Source: Candidatus Komeilibacteria bacterium RIFOXYD1_FULL_37_29
GTDB lineage: Bacteria; Patescibacteriota; Patescibacteriia; UBA1558; GWA2-36-10
Reading direction: 5' to 3'
NCBI GenBank assembly: GCA_001818495.1
Contig: MHKS01000005.1
Span: 250,038 to 314,037 of the forward strand
DNA: 64,000 bases
Position 1 is the stretch's first letter. Each line of letters opens with the position of its first letter. Shown piece by piece: positions 51,050-60,594 of this stretch. Below the pieces are notes generated by a model. That model was not told the origin of the DNA, searched no databases, and was given only the letters and a program-made list of their open reading frames with translations. Both the position numbers and the translations under genes were made by a program.

Positions 51050-51571
51050 ATGGTTGAATCAAAAGCACAATTGAAAAATCTTCGCATCTCCTACAAGAAA
51101 GTCGGTTTGGTAGCCGGCGCTATTCGTGGTTTGGATGTCAGTGTTGCTTTGGCTAAACTTCAGATTGTTTTTAAAAAATCTTCTCCAGAAATTGAGAAAT
51201 TGCTTAAATCAGCTGTCGCCAATGCTATTGATAGATACAGTGTTAAAGAAGAGGACTTGAAGATTAAGAGCATTATAGTTAATAAAGCCATGGATCTAAA
51301 GCGTTGGAAACCAGCGGCTTTTGGTCGGGCCCATCCTTTCCGCAAGGCTTCTTGTCATGTAGCCATTATTTTGCAAACCAAAGAAGGAGTCAAAGTTGTG
51401 GCTAAAGAAAAGGTTAAAAAAGTCATAGACACGGTTGATTTGACCAAAACTGATAAGAAATTGGGTTCTCGGGTTGATAGCAAAAAAGTCAATAGTAATA
51501 TAAGCAAGAAAACAGTTAAGGAATCTACGACTGGTGCAGCCAAAGATAAATCTAAAGTAAAAAAGGGTTAA
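51050..51571 (+). CDS. rplV: 50S ribosomal protein L22 (with K-rich C-terminal extension)
   Basis: LRISYKKVGLVAGAIRG...RWKPAAFGRAHPFRK. Confidence 0.93.
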   Translation: MVESKAQLKNLRISYKKVGLVAGAIRGLDVSVALAKLQIVFKKSSPEIEKLLKSAVANAIDRYSVKEEDLKIKSIIVNKAMDLKRWKPAAFGRAHPFRKASCHVAIILQTKEGVKVVAKEKVKKVIDTVDLTKTDKKLGSRVDSKKVNSNISKKTVKESTTGAAKDKSKVKKG

Positions 51572-51575
51572 TTAT

Positions 51576-52367
51576 ATGGGAAAAAAGGTAAATCCAAGAG
51601 TATTTAGATTAGGCTTGAGTGAGAAATGGAGATCTCGCTGGTATTCTGGTAGGGATTTTTCTAAATTTTTACAACAAGATGTTTGTCTCAGAAGGGGTCT
51701 AAATCATGAATTAAAAGAAGCCGGTATTGATCGGATTGAGATTGAAAGAAATAGAGGCGAAATTATTGTCAATATTTTGGCTGCCAAACCAGGTATTATC
51801 ATCGGTCGTGGTGGTAGTGGTATTGAAGATCTAAAGAAAAAGATTAAAAGTAAATATTTAGACAAGGATATTAAGTTGAGTGTTAATATTAGAGAAGTCG
51901 CCATTCCTAATCAATCAGCCAATATCATTGTTGATGCGGTCAGAGTTGATTTGGAAAAGCGTATTCCTTTTAGACGAGTACTGAAGCAAAATGTAGATAA
52001 GGTTATGAAAGCTGGCGCTAAGGGAGTAAAGATTTTGGTTGCCGGTCGTTTAAACGGAGTAGATATTGCCCGTCGTGAAAAAATCGTCCAAGGTAAAATT
52101 CCTCTACAAACTTTAAGATCAAATATTGATTATAGTCGTGGCGTTGCTCAGACTATGTATGGAGTGATTGGTATTAAAGTGTGGGTTTATAAGGGAGAAT
52201 ATTTTACTAAAAAAGAAGAAAAAGAAGCTACCAAGAAACTGGCTCCGGTTAAAAGCGCCAAGCTATTTTCCGGCGATGATATGAAGCGAAGACCAATAGA
52301 AAAACCTAGCACCAGTCGACGTGAAACCGGCACTCGTGTTCATCCTAGAGCAAAAACCAAGAAATAA
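51576..52367 (+). CDS. rpsC: 30S ribosomal protein S3
   Basis: MGKKVNPRVFRLG...KH domain IIGRGGSGIEDLKK. Confidence 0.97.
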   Translation: MGKKVNPRVFRLGLSEKWRSRWYSGRDFSKFLQQDVCLRRGLNHELKEAGIDRIEIERNRGEIIVNILAAKPGIIIGRGGSGIEDLKKKIKSKYLDKDIKLSVNIREVAIPNQSANIIVDAVRVDLEKRIPFRRVLKQNVDKVMKAGAKGVKILVAGRLNGVDIARREKIVQGKIPLQTLRSNIDYSRGVAQTMYGVIGIKVWVYKGEYFTKKEEKEATKKLAPVKSAKLFSGDDMKRRPIEKPSTSRRETGTRVHPRAKTKK

Positions 52368-52397
52368 TATTTCAAATAATTTCCACATAATAAATAT

Positions 52398-52814
52398 ATG
52401 TTAGCACCAAAGAAAGTAAAACATAGAAAATGGCATAGAGGAGATCAAATAAAAGGTAAGGCTACCCGTATGAATAGGGTGAGCTTTGGCGACTATGGTT
52501 TGAAAAGTTTACAGACCGGTTGGATTACTGCTCGTCAAATTGAATCTGCTCGTCGAGCTGTGGTTGGACATATGCAACGCGGTGGGGAAATGTTTATTCG
52601 TATTTTTCCAGATAAGCCTATTACCGCCAAAGGTAGCGAGATGCCGATGGGTAAAGGTAAAGGAGCTGTTGATCATTATGTAGCGACAGTTAAGCCAGGC
52701 ACCATTATGTTGGAAATTGGTGGAGTAGATGCAGAAACCGCTAAGCGTTCTTTACAATTAGCCGGTTACAAATTGCCAGTCAAAACAAAATTGGTCAGCA
52801 AGGAATTATTATAA
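52398..52814 (+). CDS. rplP: 50S ribosomal protein L16
   Basis: MLAPKKVKHRKWHRG...ARQIESARRA. Confidence 0.97.
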   Translation: MLAPKKVKHRKWHRGDQIKGKATRMNRVSFGDYGLKSLQTGWITARQIESARRAVVGHMQRGGEMFIRIFPDKPITAKGSEMPMGKGKGAVDHYVATVKPGTIMLEIGGVDAETAKRSLQLAGYKLPVKTKLVSKELL

Positions 52815-52819
52815 AATAT

Positions 52820-53035
52820 ATGAAAATTTCAGAATTAAGAAAATTAGATATAGAAAAGCTAAACGACACATTGGCAGAATTGCGTAATAAAAATCGTGAG
52901 CTTAGGTTTTCTATTACTAATAATCAATTGAAGAATGTCAGACAGGCCCGAGTAGTTAAAAAGGAGATTGCTAAAATTTTGACAGCTTTAAATGAAAAAA
53001 GAACAGTGGCTGAAGATTTGAAACAAGAAAAATAA
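52820..53035 (+). CDS. rpmC: 50S ribosomal protein L29
   Basis: ELRKL...L..L..ELR.LRF pattern and operon position. Confidence 0.9.
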   Translation: MKISELRKLDIEKLNDTLAELRNKNRELRFSITNNQLKNVRQARVVKKEIAKILTALNEKRTVAEDLKQEK

Positions 53036-53046
53036 TTTGAAATAAG

Positions 53047-53295
53047 ATGGAAAAGACATTAATAAAAAAGAAATTAGAGGGTCAGGTAGTCAGCGATAAG
53101 ATGGATAAAACCGTTGTAGTTTTGGTGACGACCATAAAAACCCACCCTAAGTATGGTAAACAATTCAAGGCATCTAAAAAATACAAAGCTCATGATGAAA
53201 AAAATGAGTATAAAGTAGGTGACCAAGTATTGCTCCAGGCCTGTCGTCCACTATCTAAAGATAAAAGATGGCGAGTAATTAAAAAAGTAAAGTAA
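53047..53295 (+). CDS. rpsQ: 30S ribosomal protein S17
   Basis: [18 protein letters not shown]...HPKYGK...KYKAHDE. Confidence 0.95.
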   Translation: MEKTLIKKKLEGQVVSDKMDKTVVVLVTTIKTHPKYGKQFKASKKYKAHDEKNEYKVGDQVLLQACRPLSKDKRWRVIKKVK

Positions 53296-53305
53296 ACATA
53301 CAGAT

Positions 53306-53677
53306 ATGATTCAACACATGTCACTATTAAAAGTCGCAGATAATTCTGGTGCAAAATTGGTAAAATGCATTAGGGTTTTAGGTGGCTATAAAAAAAGATA
53401 TGCTCGTGTTGGCGATTTGATTACGGTAGCTGTCAGAAGCGCCCAGCCTCATAGTGCTGTTAAAAAAGGTCAGGTACTACATGCGGTCATTGTCAGACAA
53501 AGAAAAGAAATTCGTAGAATCAACGGTACTTATATTCGTTTTGACGATAACGCTGTGGTCATTGTGGATAAGAAAAATAAAGAGTTAAAAGGTACTCGTA
53601 TTTTTGGGCCAGTCGCTCGCGAGCTTCGAGCCGCCGGCTATACCAAGCTTATTTCATTAGCCCCAGAAGTTTTATAA
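53306..53677 (+). CDS. rplN: 50S ribosomal protein L14
   Basis: [17 protein letters not shown]... Confidence 0.97.
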   Translation: MIQHMSLLKVADNSGAKLVKCIRVLGGYKKRYARVGDLITVAVRSAQPHSAVKKGQVLHAVIVRQRKEIRRINGTYIRFDDNAVVIVDKKNKELKGTRIFGPVARELRAAGYTKLISLAPEVL

Positions 53678-53681
53678 ACAT

Positions 53682-54008
53682 ATGAACATCAAGATAAAAG
53701 TAAATGATAAAGTACAAGTGCTGTCCGGCAAGGATAAGGGTAAAACTGGTAAAGTTTTACAGATTTTGCCTGGCCTAAACAAAGCAGTGGTTGAAGGTAT
53801 CAATACTATGTACAAGCACATTAAGTCACGTAAAAAAGGGGAGAAGGGCCAAAGAGTTCAATTTAATGGTCCAGTGATTGGCAGTAACTTGATGTTGGTT
53901 TGTCCAAAATGCAACAAACCTAGTCGCTTGGGAGTGAAGATTTCCGAAATGGCCAATAAAAAAACCAAAGTAAGATTTTGTAAAAAATGTAAGGAAGTAA
54001 TTGATTAG
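53682..54008 (+). CDS. rplX: 50S ribosomal protein L24
   Basis: KVNDKVQVLSGKDKGKTGKVLQI (KOW motif) and operon position. Confidence 0.95.
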   Translation: MNIKIKVNDKVQVLSGKDKGKTGKVLQILPGLNKAVVEGINTMYKHIKSRKKGEKGQRVQFNGPVIGSNLMLVCPKCNKPSRLGVKISEMANKKTKVRFCKKCKEVID

Positions 54009-54040
54009 GTTTTACTAGATGTAGTTAAATATATAAAAAT

Positions 54041-54592
54041 ATGAGCAGATTAGCAGACAAATATAAAAAAGATTTAAAGCCTCAATTGGCCAAAACTTTG
54101 GGTTTAAAAAATCTAATGGCCGCTCCCAAAGTAGAAAAAGTGGTACTTAATATTGGTATTGGAAAAGCCACCCAAGACAAACAATGGATTGATTTGGCTA
54201 CTTCTATTTTAGGTCGGATTACCGGTCAAAAAGCCGTTACTACTAAATCTAGAAAATCAATTTCTAATTTTAAAGTACGTAAAGGTATGGTAGTGGGAGC
54301 CAAAGTAACCTTACGCGGTGAGAAGATGTATGATTTTTTGGATAGATTGGTCAATGTCACTATTCCACGATTGCGAGATTTTTTTGGCTTAGATCTTAAA
54401 AAGGGCTTTGACAAGCACGGAAATTATACTATTGGTTTTAAAGAACACATTGTTTTTCCGGAGATTGGTATGGACGATTTGGATAAAATACATGGGTTAG
54501 AACTCACCGTAGTTACTTCTGCTAAAAATGATCAAGATACTTTAGAATTGCTCAAGGTCTTGGGATTTCCTTTTAAAAAAAGTAAAAAATAA
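54041..54592 (+). CDS. rplE: 50S ribosomal protein L5
   Basis: Family match (..[13 protein letters not shown]...FPEI..D) and operon position. Confidence 0.95.
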   Translation: MSRLADKYKKDLKPQLAKTLGLKNLMAAPKVEKVVLNIGIGKATQDKQWIDLATSILGRITGQKAVTTKSRKSISNFKVRKGMVVGAKVTLRGEKMYDFLDRLVNVTIPRLRDFFGLDLKKGFDKHGNYTIGFKEHIVFPEIGMDDLDKIHGLELTVVTSAKNDQDTLELLKVLGFPFKKSKK

Positions 54593-54609
54593 TTGTAAAA
54601 ATTCTTAAT

Positions 54610-54795
54610 ATGGCAACATCAGCACAAATTGCAAAATCAAACAGAACACCAAAGTATTCAACACGAATTACCCGTCGTTGTTGGCGATGTGGCAGACACC
54701 GTTCTTATATGAGAAGATTCGACCTTTGTCGCATTTGTTTTAGGGAGTTAGCTGATAAAGGCGAAATTCCGGGAATTAAAAAATCAAGTTGGTAA
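54610..54795 (+). CDS. rpsN: 30S ribosomal protein S14, type Z (zinc-binding)
   Basis: 61 aa with CWRCGR...CRIC. Confidence 0.95.
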   Translation: MATSAQIAKSNRTPKYSTRITRRCWRCGRHRSYMRRFDLCRICFRELADKGEIPGIKKSSW

Positions 54796-54815
54796 TTAAT
54801 TATAATTAAAATATC

Positions 54816-55205
54816 ATGACAGATCCTATTGCAGACATGTTAACAAGAATAAGGAATGCCGCAGCCGTTAAAAAGGTGGAGGTAGTTTTGCCTTATTCAA
54901 AGTTAAAGTTTAATATAGCCAAGATTTTGGAAAAAGAAAGTTATATATCCAAAGTAGAAAAGATCAAGACTGGAAAGTTTGATGAACTTAAAATTGAATT
55001 GAAATACACCAGTCATGGTCCAGCCATTAGGCATATTAAGAGAATTTCTAAACCTGGTCAGAGAATTTATTCTGCTGGAAAAGAATTGCCCCGTGTTTTA
55101 AACGGCTATGGCTTGGCTATCCTTTCTACTTCCAAAGGAATTATGACTAATAAGGAAGCAAAAAGTCAGAATATAGGTGGAGAATTAGTTTGTGAAATTT
55201 GGTAA
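54816..55205 (+). CDS. rpsH: 30S ribosomal protein S8
   Basis: MTDPIADMLTRIRNA... Confidence 0.97.
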   Translation: MTDPIADMLTRIRNAAAVKKVEVVLPYSKLKFNIAKILEKESYISKVEKIKTGKFDELKIELKYTSHGPAIRHIKRISKPGQRIYSAGKELPRVLNGYGLAILSTSKGIMTNKEAKSQNIGGELVCEIW

Positions 55206-55214
55206 TAAAAAATT

Positions 55215-55769
55215 ATGTCAAGAGTTGGAAAAAAACCAATAGAAATACCCAAAGGCGTTGAAGTAAAAATAAACGCCGAAAAAATGGGTTATCAAGTAGG
55301 CATTAAAGGACCGAAAGGATCTTTGAATGTTGCTTTACCACAGGGAGTGGTTGTTGAACAAAAAGATAATCAGCTTGTTTTAAGTGTACAGAATTCTGAA
55401 GATGGGCATGAAAAGGCTCTCTGGGGTCTATCTAGATCATTGATCAACAATGCTGTTTTAGGAGTGACTGGTGGATTTTCTAAAGAATTAGAAATCAACG
55501 GTGTCGGTTTTAAAGTGGCTTTGCAAGGAAAGAAATTGGTATTAAATGTTGGATTTTCTCATCCAGTAGAATATGCTTTACCCGATGGTATCGTGGCGGT
55601 TGTAGAAAAAAATAACATTAAAATATCAGGTATTGATAAGCAGCTATTGGGCCAGGTCACCGCTGAAATCAGGGCTATTAAAAAACCAGAGCCATATAAA
55701 GGTAAAGGTATTAAATATATTGACGAACATATTCGCAGAAAAGCTGGTAAAGTTGTCAAAGCTGCCTAA
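55215..55769 (+). CDS. rplF: 50S ribosomal protein L6
   Basis: MSRVGKKPIEIPKGV... Confidence 0.97.
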   Translation: MSRVGKKPIEIPKGVEVKINAEKMGYQVGIKGPKGSLNVALPQGVVVEQKDNQLVLSVQNSEDGHEKALWGLSRSLINNAVLGVTGGFSKELEINGVGFKVALQGKKLVLNVGFSHPVEYALPDGIVAVVEKNNIKISGIDKQLLGQVTAEIRAIKKPEPYKGKGIKYIDEHIRRKAGKVVKAA

Positions 55770-55789
55770 GTCCATTAATATAAAATATT

Positions 55790-56146
55790 ATGAAGGATAA
55801 AAATAAAGTAAAACTAAGCAATATTATCAGACGACAGCGTCGAACCAGGGCTAAAATTAGTGGTACTGCTGTTCGGCCGAGAGTTTCTGTTTTCAAGAGT
55901 TTGATGCATACTAGCGTTCAAGCGATTGATGATGTAGCCAGAAAGACTTTGGCTGCTATGACTGATAAAACTCTTAAAGTTAAGGGTACCAAATCAGACA
56001 AAGCAGCTGCTTTGGGCGAGGAGTTTGGTAAAAAATTGAAAACTCTTAAGATTGAGGCCATCATTTTTGATAAAGGAGCTTATAAATACCACGGCCGAGT
56101 AAAAGCTTTAGCCGACGGCATTAGAAAAGCAGGTATAAATTTTTAA
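55790..56146 (+). CDS. rplR: 50S ribosomal protein L18
   Basis: RPRVSVFKSLMHTSVQAIDD...YHGRVKALADGIRKAG. Confidence 0.95.
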   Translation: MKDKNKVKLSNIIRRQRRTRAKISGTAVRPRVSVFKSLMHTSVQAIDDVARKTLAAMTDKTLKVKGTKSDKAAALGEEFGKKLKTLKIEAIIFDKGAYKYHGRVKALADGIRKAGINF

Positions 56147-56150
56147 TATT

Positions 56151-56888
56151 ATGGAAGAAAAAAATATAAAAGAAATTGAGCCTAAGGTTTTGGAACAAAG
56201 TAGCGATGATTTACAAGTCATTGATGATTTGGTCAAAACCCCCGCTGATCAAAAAGTTTTTACCAAAGTAAAGGTTAACTTTAGACGGGCTCCTATTAAG
56301 AGACGACAGTCAGATAAACCAAAAGATGATTTTGAACAAAAAGTTTTGGATTTAGCTAGAGTTACTCGTGTGATGGCCGGTGGTAAGAGAATGAAATTTA
56401 GAGCCACTATGGTTATTGGTGATAAAAAAGGTAAAGTTGGTATCGGCATTGCTAAAGGTATGGATGTTTCTATGGCTATTTCTAAAGCAGTGTCTAAAGC
56501 CAGGAAAAATTTGGTGGAAGTACCGATTATTGATGGTACAGTACCTCATCAGGTACGGATCAATGATCATTCAGCTAAACTGATGATTCGTCCAGCTCGT
56601 TCTGGTAGTGGTATCAAAGCTGGTGGTGTAATGCGTATTGTTTTTGAGTTAGCTGGAATCAAGGACGTAGTAGCCAAAATTTTGGGTACCAGTAATAAAG
56701 TAAACAACGCCAAAGCTACTGTTAAGGCTTTAAATTCTTTTATTCCTCAGGCTGTTGAAGCAGCTCGAGCTAGTAAAAAAGCGCCAGCTCAGCCAGCCAC
56801 TTATAGTGCTCATAATCAAAATAGGGGAGCTTTTGTTAGAAAAGATAAACCCACCGGTCACAAAAAAGACCGAGGAGAAAGTAAATAA
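56151..56888 (+). CDS. rpsE: 30S ribosomal protein S5 (with N- and C-terminal extensions)
   Basis: VTRVMAGGKRMKFRATMVIGDKKGKVGIGIAKG. Confidence 0.95.
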   Translation: MEEKNIKEIEPKVLEQSSDDLQVIDDLVKTPADQKVFTKVKVNFRRAPIKRRQSDKPKDDFEQKVLDLARVTRVMAGGKRMKFRATMVIGDKKGKVGIGIAKGMDVSMAISKAVSKARKNLVEVPIIDGTVPHQVRINDHSAKLMIRPARSGSGIKAGGVMRIVFELAGIKDVVAKILGTSNKVNNAKATVKALNSFIPQAVEAARASKKAPAQPATYSAHNQNRGAFVRKDKPTGHKKDRGESK

Positions 56889-56890
56889 AT

Positions 56891-57412
56891 ATGTTGAATC
56901 TACACAGTCTAAAAAAATCAAAAGGAACCAAAAGAAAGAGAGAAAGATTGGGACGCGGTAATGCTACTGGCAGTGGAAATTATTCTACTCGTGGTATGAA
57001 GGGTCAGCGCGCTCGTTCTGGCGGTAAATCTGGTTTGGCTTTACGCAGTATCAGAAGCTATCTTTTGGCTGTACCAAAAGTTAGGGGTTTTAAATCTCTA
57101 AGTATTCCTCGATCAGTTGTTAATGTGGGTGATTTGGAAAAGAATTTCTCTAGCGGTGAGAAAGTTAATATTAGAGCAATGCTTAAGGCCGGATTAATTA
57201 TGACCATTTCTGGCGGCGTTAAAGTATTGTCTTTGGGTAAAATTAGTAAAAATTTAATTGTTGAGGCCAATGCTTTTTCAGCTGAAGCTAAAGGAAAGAT
57301 TGAAGCAGCTGGTGGTAAGGCTATTGTAGTTTACGGTAGTAAGCGGGCCAAAGAATTATCGGCCAAAGCTGGTCAAAAAGATGATCAGGCCACAGCAGAA
57401 ATTAAGGCTTAA
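56891..57412 (+). CDS. rplO: 50S ribosomal protein L15
   Basis: LNLHSL...KRKRERLGRGNATGSGNYSTRGMKGQRARSGG. Starts 3 nt after the rpsE stop, leaving no room for rpmD. Confidence 0.95.
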   Translation: MLNLHSLKKSKGTKRKRERLGRGNATGSGNYSTRGMKGQRARSGGKSGLALRSIRSYLLAVPKVRGFKSLSIPRSVVNVGDLEKNFSSGEKVNIRAMLKAGLIMTISGGVKVLSLGKISKNLIVEANAFSAEAKGKIEAAGGKAIVVYGSKRAKELSAKAGQKDDQATAEIKA

Positions 57413-57429
57413 GAAATAAATAAAAATTT

Positions 57430-58707
57430 ATGTTAGCCAAACTACAACAAATTTTCAAGGCTAAGGATATTAGAAACAATATTCTCTTTGTTTTGGCTCT
57501 CTTGATAGTATTTAGAATAGCCGCTCATATTCCAGTACCAGGAGTTAATGTCATGGATTTGCAGGCATATTTTTCTGGCAATCAGGTTTTAGGATTGTTG
57601 GATTTATTTTCCGGCGGGGCCATGCAAAATTTTTCTATTGTAATGTTGGGAGTTGGTCCTTATATCACTGCTTCCATTATTTTTCAATTATTGGTCATGA
57701 TTGTCCCAAAACTAGAAGCTATGTCTAAAGAGGGAGAATACGGTCGTCAAAAAATCAATCAATATACTAGAATCGCTACTGTGCCCTTGGCCATAATCCA
57801 GGGTTACAGCTTTCTTAAACTTTTATCCAATCAGACTAATGGTCAGTTATTAGCCAATATTACTTCTATGCAACTTATTGCCACTTTACTGATAGTGACC
57901 GCCGGTACTATATTTTTGATGTGGATTGGAGAACTTATTAGCGAACGTCATATTGGAAATGGTGTATCACTTATTATCTTTGCTGGTATTGTCAGCGGTT
58001 TGCCCCAGTCAATTAGAAATACTTTTATATCAGTGGATAATACTATGGTATTAAATTTGGTAATATTTGCCGTGATTGCTTTAATTACCATTGCCGCCAT
58101 TGTGCTTATTACTGAAGGTACTAGAAATATCCCAGTTTCTTATGCTCGGCATGTGGTGGGACAGAAAAATCTGGGTGGAGTCAAAACTCATTTACCACTT
58201 CGTGTTAATCAAGCCGGAGTAATTCCAATTATCTTTGCTATTTCAGTGATTATTTTTCCACCAATGGTAGCCCAGTTTTTTATCCGTTCGCAAGTAAATT
58301 GGATTGCTGATTCTTCCCAATGGATTATTGATATTTTTGCCAATCAAACTTTTTATGCTATTTTTTATTTTTTAATGGTAGTATTTTTTACCTATTTTTA
58401 CACTTCCGTCATTTTCAAACCAACAGAAATAGCTGAAAATCTTCAAAAACAAGGAGGCTTTATTCCAGGCATTAGACCAGGTAAAAATACTTCGGATTAT
58501 TTAAATTTTACTATGAACCGAGTGGTTTTTGCTGGAGCAGTATTTTTGGGTCTCGTCGCCATATTACCGCTTATCGTTGGTCCGGTGACTGGTATTGCTA
58601 CTATCAATATTGGTGGTACTAGTCTGCTCATTACCGTAGCCGTGGTTATTGAAACAGTCAAACAAATTGATGCCCAATTAGTTATGAGAGACTACGAAGG
58701 ATTTTAA
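57430..58707 (+). CDS. secY: preprotein translocase subunit SecY
   Basis: 425-aa polytopic protein with SecY motifs (GVNVMDL, LFSGGA..NFSIVMLGVGPYITASII) and operon position. Confidence 0.97.
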   Translation: MLAKLQQIFKAKDIRNNILFVLALLIVFRIAAHIPVPGVNVMDLQAYFSGNQVLGLLDLFSGGAMQNFSIVMLGVGPYITASIIFQLLVMIVPKLEAMSKEGEYGRQKINQYTRIATVPLAIIQGYSFLKLLSNQTNGQLLANITSMQLIATLLIVTAGTIFLMWIGELISERHIGNGVSLIIFAGIVSGLPQSIRNTFISVDNTMVLNLVIFAVIALITIAAIVLITEGTRNIPVSYARHVVGQKNLGGVKTHLPLRVNQAGVIPIIFAISVIIFPPMVAQFFIRSQVNWIADSSQWIIDIFANQTFYAIFYFLMVVFFTYFYTSVIFKPTEIAENLQKQGGFIPGIRPGKNTSDYLNFTMNRVVFAGAVFLGLVAILPLIVGPVTGIATINIGGTSLLITVAVVIETVKQIDAQLVMRDYEGF

Positions 58708-58727
58708 TTTTTACATTTATTTTTAAT

Positions 58728-58770
58728 CAAAACCCCTTCCAAAATATCTCTGGCGGGGGTTTTGATTTTA
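58728..58770 (+). terminator. putative terminator after secY
   Basis: caaaacccc / ggggttttg stem with a 19-nt loop and a U-rich tail. Confidence 0.5.
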
Positions 58771-58781
58771 AGTAGTTAATT

Positions 58782-58790
58782 TGCTATAAT
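58782..58790 (+). promoter_or_regulatory. extended -10 element (tgctataat) upstream of adk
   Basis: A TGnTATAAT element 25 nt upstream of the ATG at 58815. Confidence 0.4.
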
Positions 58791-58814
58791 CTTATTGACA
58801 ATATAAGGAATAAT

Positions 58815-59465
58815 ATGGCACAACAAATGAAAAGAATAGTACTTTTAGGGCCACAAGCTTCTGGCAAAAGTACTCAATCTAAAGTCATTACGGATTTTTT
58901 AAAAATACCCCTGGTTTCAGCTAGTCATAGTTTACGTAAGATGATAGGGCGTGGTACTGTTTTGGGTAAAAAAATCAAAGAACTGATGGACCAAGGGTCC
59001 TTGGTGCCAGATGATCAGATGATCAGTTTGATTTTGGGAGAGTTGGGCAGTGAATATTGTCTGAATGGTTATTTATTAGATGGTTTTCCTAGAAATATAC
59101 GTCAAGCTCAAGTTTTGGATAGCAGTTGTGGGGTAGATAAGGTTTTTAATATTGAAATATCTGATGAAGAGGCTATTAAGCGCATGGCTGGTAGGCGGAT
59201 GTGTTCCAATGGTCATGTTTTTCATATTAAGTTTAAGCCTTCTGGCAAAGGGGATATTTGTGATATCTGTGACCAAGAGCTTTATCAGCGTGAAGATGAT
59301 AAGGAAGAAATAGTTAAAAAAAGATTGGGTATTTATCGAAGAGACACTTCCAAGTTATTGGATTATTATGATAAGCAAAATAAATTAGTCAGTTTTGATG
59401 GGGAAAAAGATATTAGTGAAGTTTCAGAGGATATTTTAAATTATTTAAAAGCCAATGTTGGATAA
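58815..59465 (+). CDS. adk: adenylate kinase (zinc-lid type)
   Basis: LLGPQASGKSTQ P-loop; lid CSNGHVFH...CDICD. Confidence 0.93.
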   Translation: MAQQMKRIVLLGPQASGKSTQSKVITDFLKIPLVSASHSLRKMIGRGTVLGKKIKELMDQGSLVPDDQMISLILGELGSEYCLNGYLLDGFPRNIRQAQVLDSSCGVDKVFNIEISDEEAIKRMAGRRMCSNGHVFHIKFKPSGKGDICDICDQELYQREDDKEEIVKKRLGIYRRDTSKLLDYYDKQNKLVSFDGEKDISEVSEDILNYLKANVG

Positions 59466-60201
59466 AAAAACTCCCGAGGAAATCAAAATTTTAAGAGAAG
59501 GCGGTAAAAAACTAGGTCAGATTTTGCGTCAGCTTGTTGAAGAGACAGTAGTGGGAAATACCGGTCGAAAATTAAATGACCGGGCGGAAAAATTAATCAA
59601 ACAAGCTGGTGGTGTTCCATCTTTTAAGAATTATCAAGGTTTTCCAGCGGCTTTATGTGTATCGATAAATGATGTGGTAGTGCATGGCATACCGACCGAT
59701 GAATCTTTTCAAGAAGGTGATCTAGTAGGGCTTGATTTGGGTATGCAATACAAAGGCCTTTATACCGATACAGCTATTACCGTAGGGGTTGGTCGGATCA
59801 GTTCAGCCGCTGAAAAGCTTCTTTTTGCTACTAAAAAGTCTTTAGATTTAGCCATTTCTCAACTTAAAGTCGGTGGCTATATTTCTGATATTGGTCAAAC
59901 TATTGAGCAATTTATCAAGCCTTATGGCTATGGGATAGTCAGAGATTTAGCTGGTCATGGTGTTGGTCGGCAGGTGCACGAAAATCCTAGTATCCCCAAT
60001 TATTACATTGGCCGAAATTCAGTAAAAATATTTGATGGTATGGTCATTGCTATTGAGCCAATGTTGATTATAAATAACAATTGGAGAATAAAGATCAAAA
60101 ATAATAAATGGGATGTTGTTTCTCAAGACGGCAGTTTAACCGCTCATTTTGAACATTCGGTCGCTATTACTCAGGATGGGCCAATTATTTTGACAGAATA
60201 A
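59455..60201 (+). CDS. map: type I methionine aminopeptidase
   Basis: Metal ligands in context: GDLVGLDLG, DTAITV, GHGVGRQVHE, IAIEPM, HFEHSV. Confidence 0.95.
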   Translation: MLDKKTPEEIKILREGGKKLGQILRQLVEETVVGNTGRKLNDRAEKLIKQAGGVPSFKNYQGFPAALCVSINDVVVHGIPTDESFQEGDLVGLDLGMQYKGLYTDTAITVGVGRISSAAEKLLFATKKSLDLAISQLKVGGYISDIGQTIEQFIKPYGYGIVRDLAGHGVGRQVHENPSIPNYYIGRNSVKIFDGMVIAIEPMLIINNNWRIKIKNNKWDVVSQDGSLTAHFEHSVAITQDGPIILTE

Positions 60202-60207
60202 ATAATC

Positions 60208-60594
60208 ATGACGAAGAAAAAATTTTTAGGCATTGATTTTGGAGATAAAAGAGTCGGTTTGGCTTTGGCAGAGGACAAAGGACCGGCTCTGCCTTTTAAA
60301 GTGATTCCCAATGATTCCAAATTAGTGGCTTCTTTACAAGAGATTATCAAGCAAGAAAATATCACCGCTGTAGTGGTAGGCTTACCACATAGTTTTTCTG
60401 GCCAAGAAAATGAGCGAATGTTTTTGACTAAAAAATTTGTCGAAATATTACAGCATAATTTGAGTATAGAAGTCTATACTATTGATGAACAATTTACTTC
60501 TAAGCTTTATGAGAAAATGGGTGTGACTAAAGATTTAGACAAACATGCCGCTACCGCTATTTTAGATACTTATTTGATTAAAAATGATTTTTAA
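60208..60594 (+). CDS. ruvX: YqgF/RuvX-family putative pre-16S rRNA nuclease / Holliday-junction resolvase-like protein
   Basis: FLGIDFGDKRVGLALAE N-terminus; 128 aa. Confidence 0.85.
   Translation: MTKKKFLGIDFGDKRVGLALAEDKGPALPFKVIPNDSKLVASLQEIIKQENITAVVVGLPHSFSGQENERMFLTKKFVEILQHNLSIEVYTIDEQFTSKLYEKMGVTKDLDKHAATAILDTYLIKNDF

Noticed and set aside
56755-56961. 68-aa ORF bridging rpsE and rplO that could have been a cryptic L30
   Set aside because: It is out of frame, overlaps both confidently called genes, and its K/E-rich sequence has no resemblance to L30.
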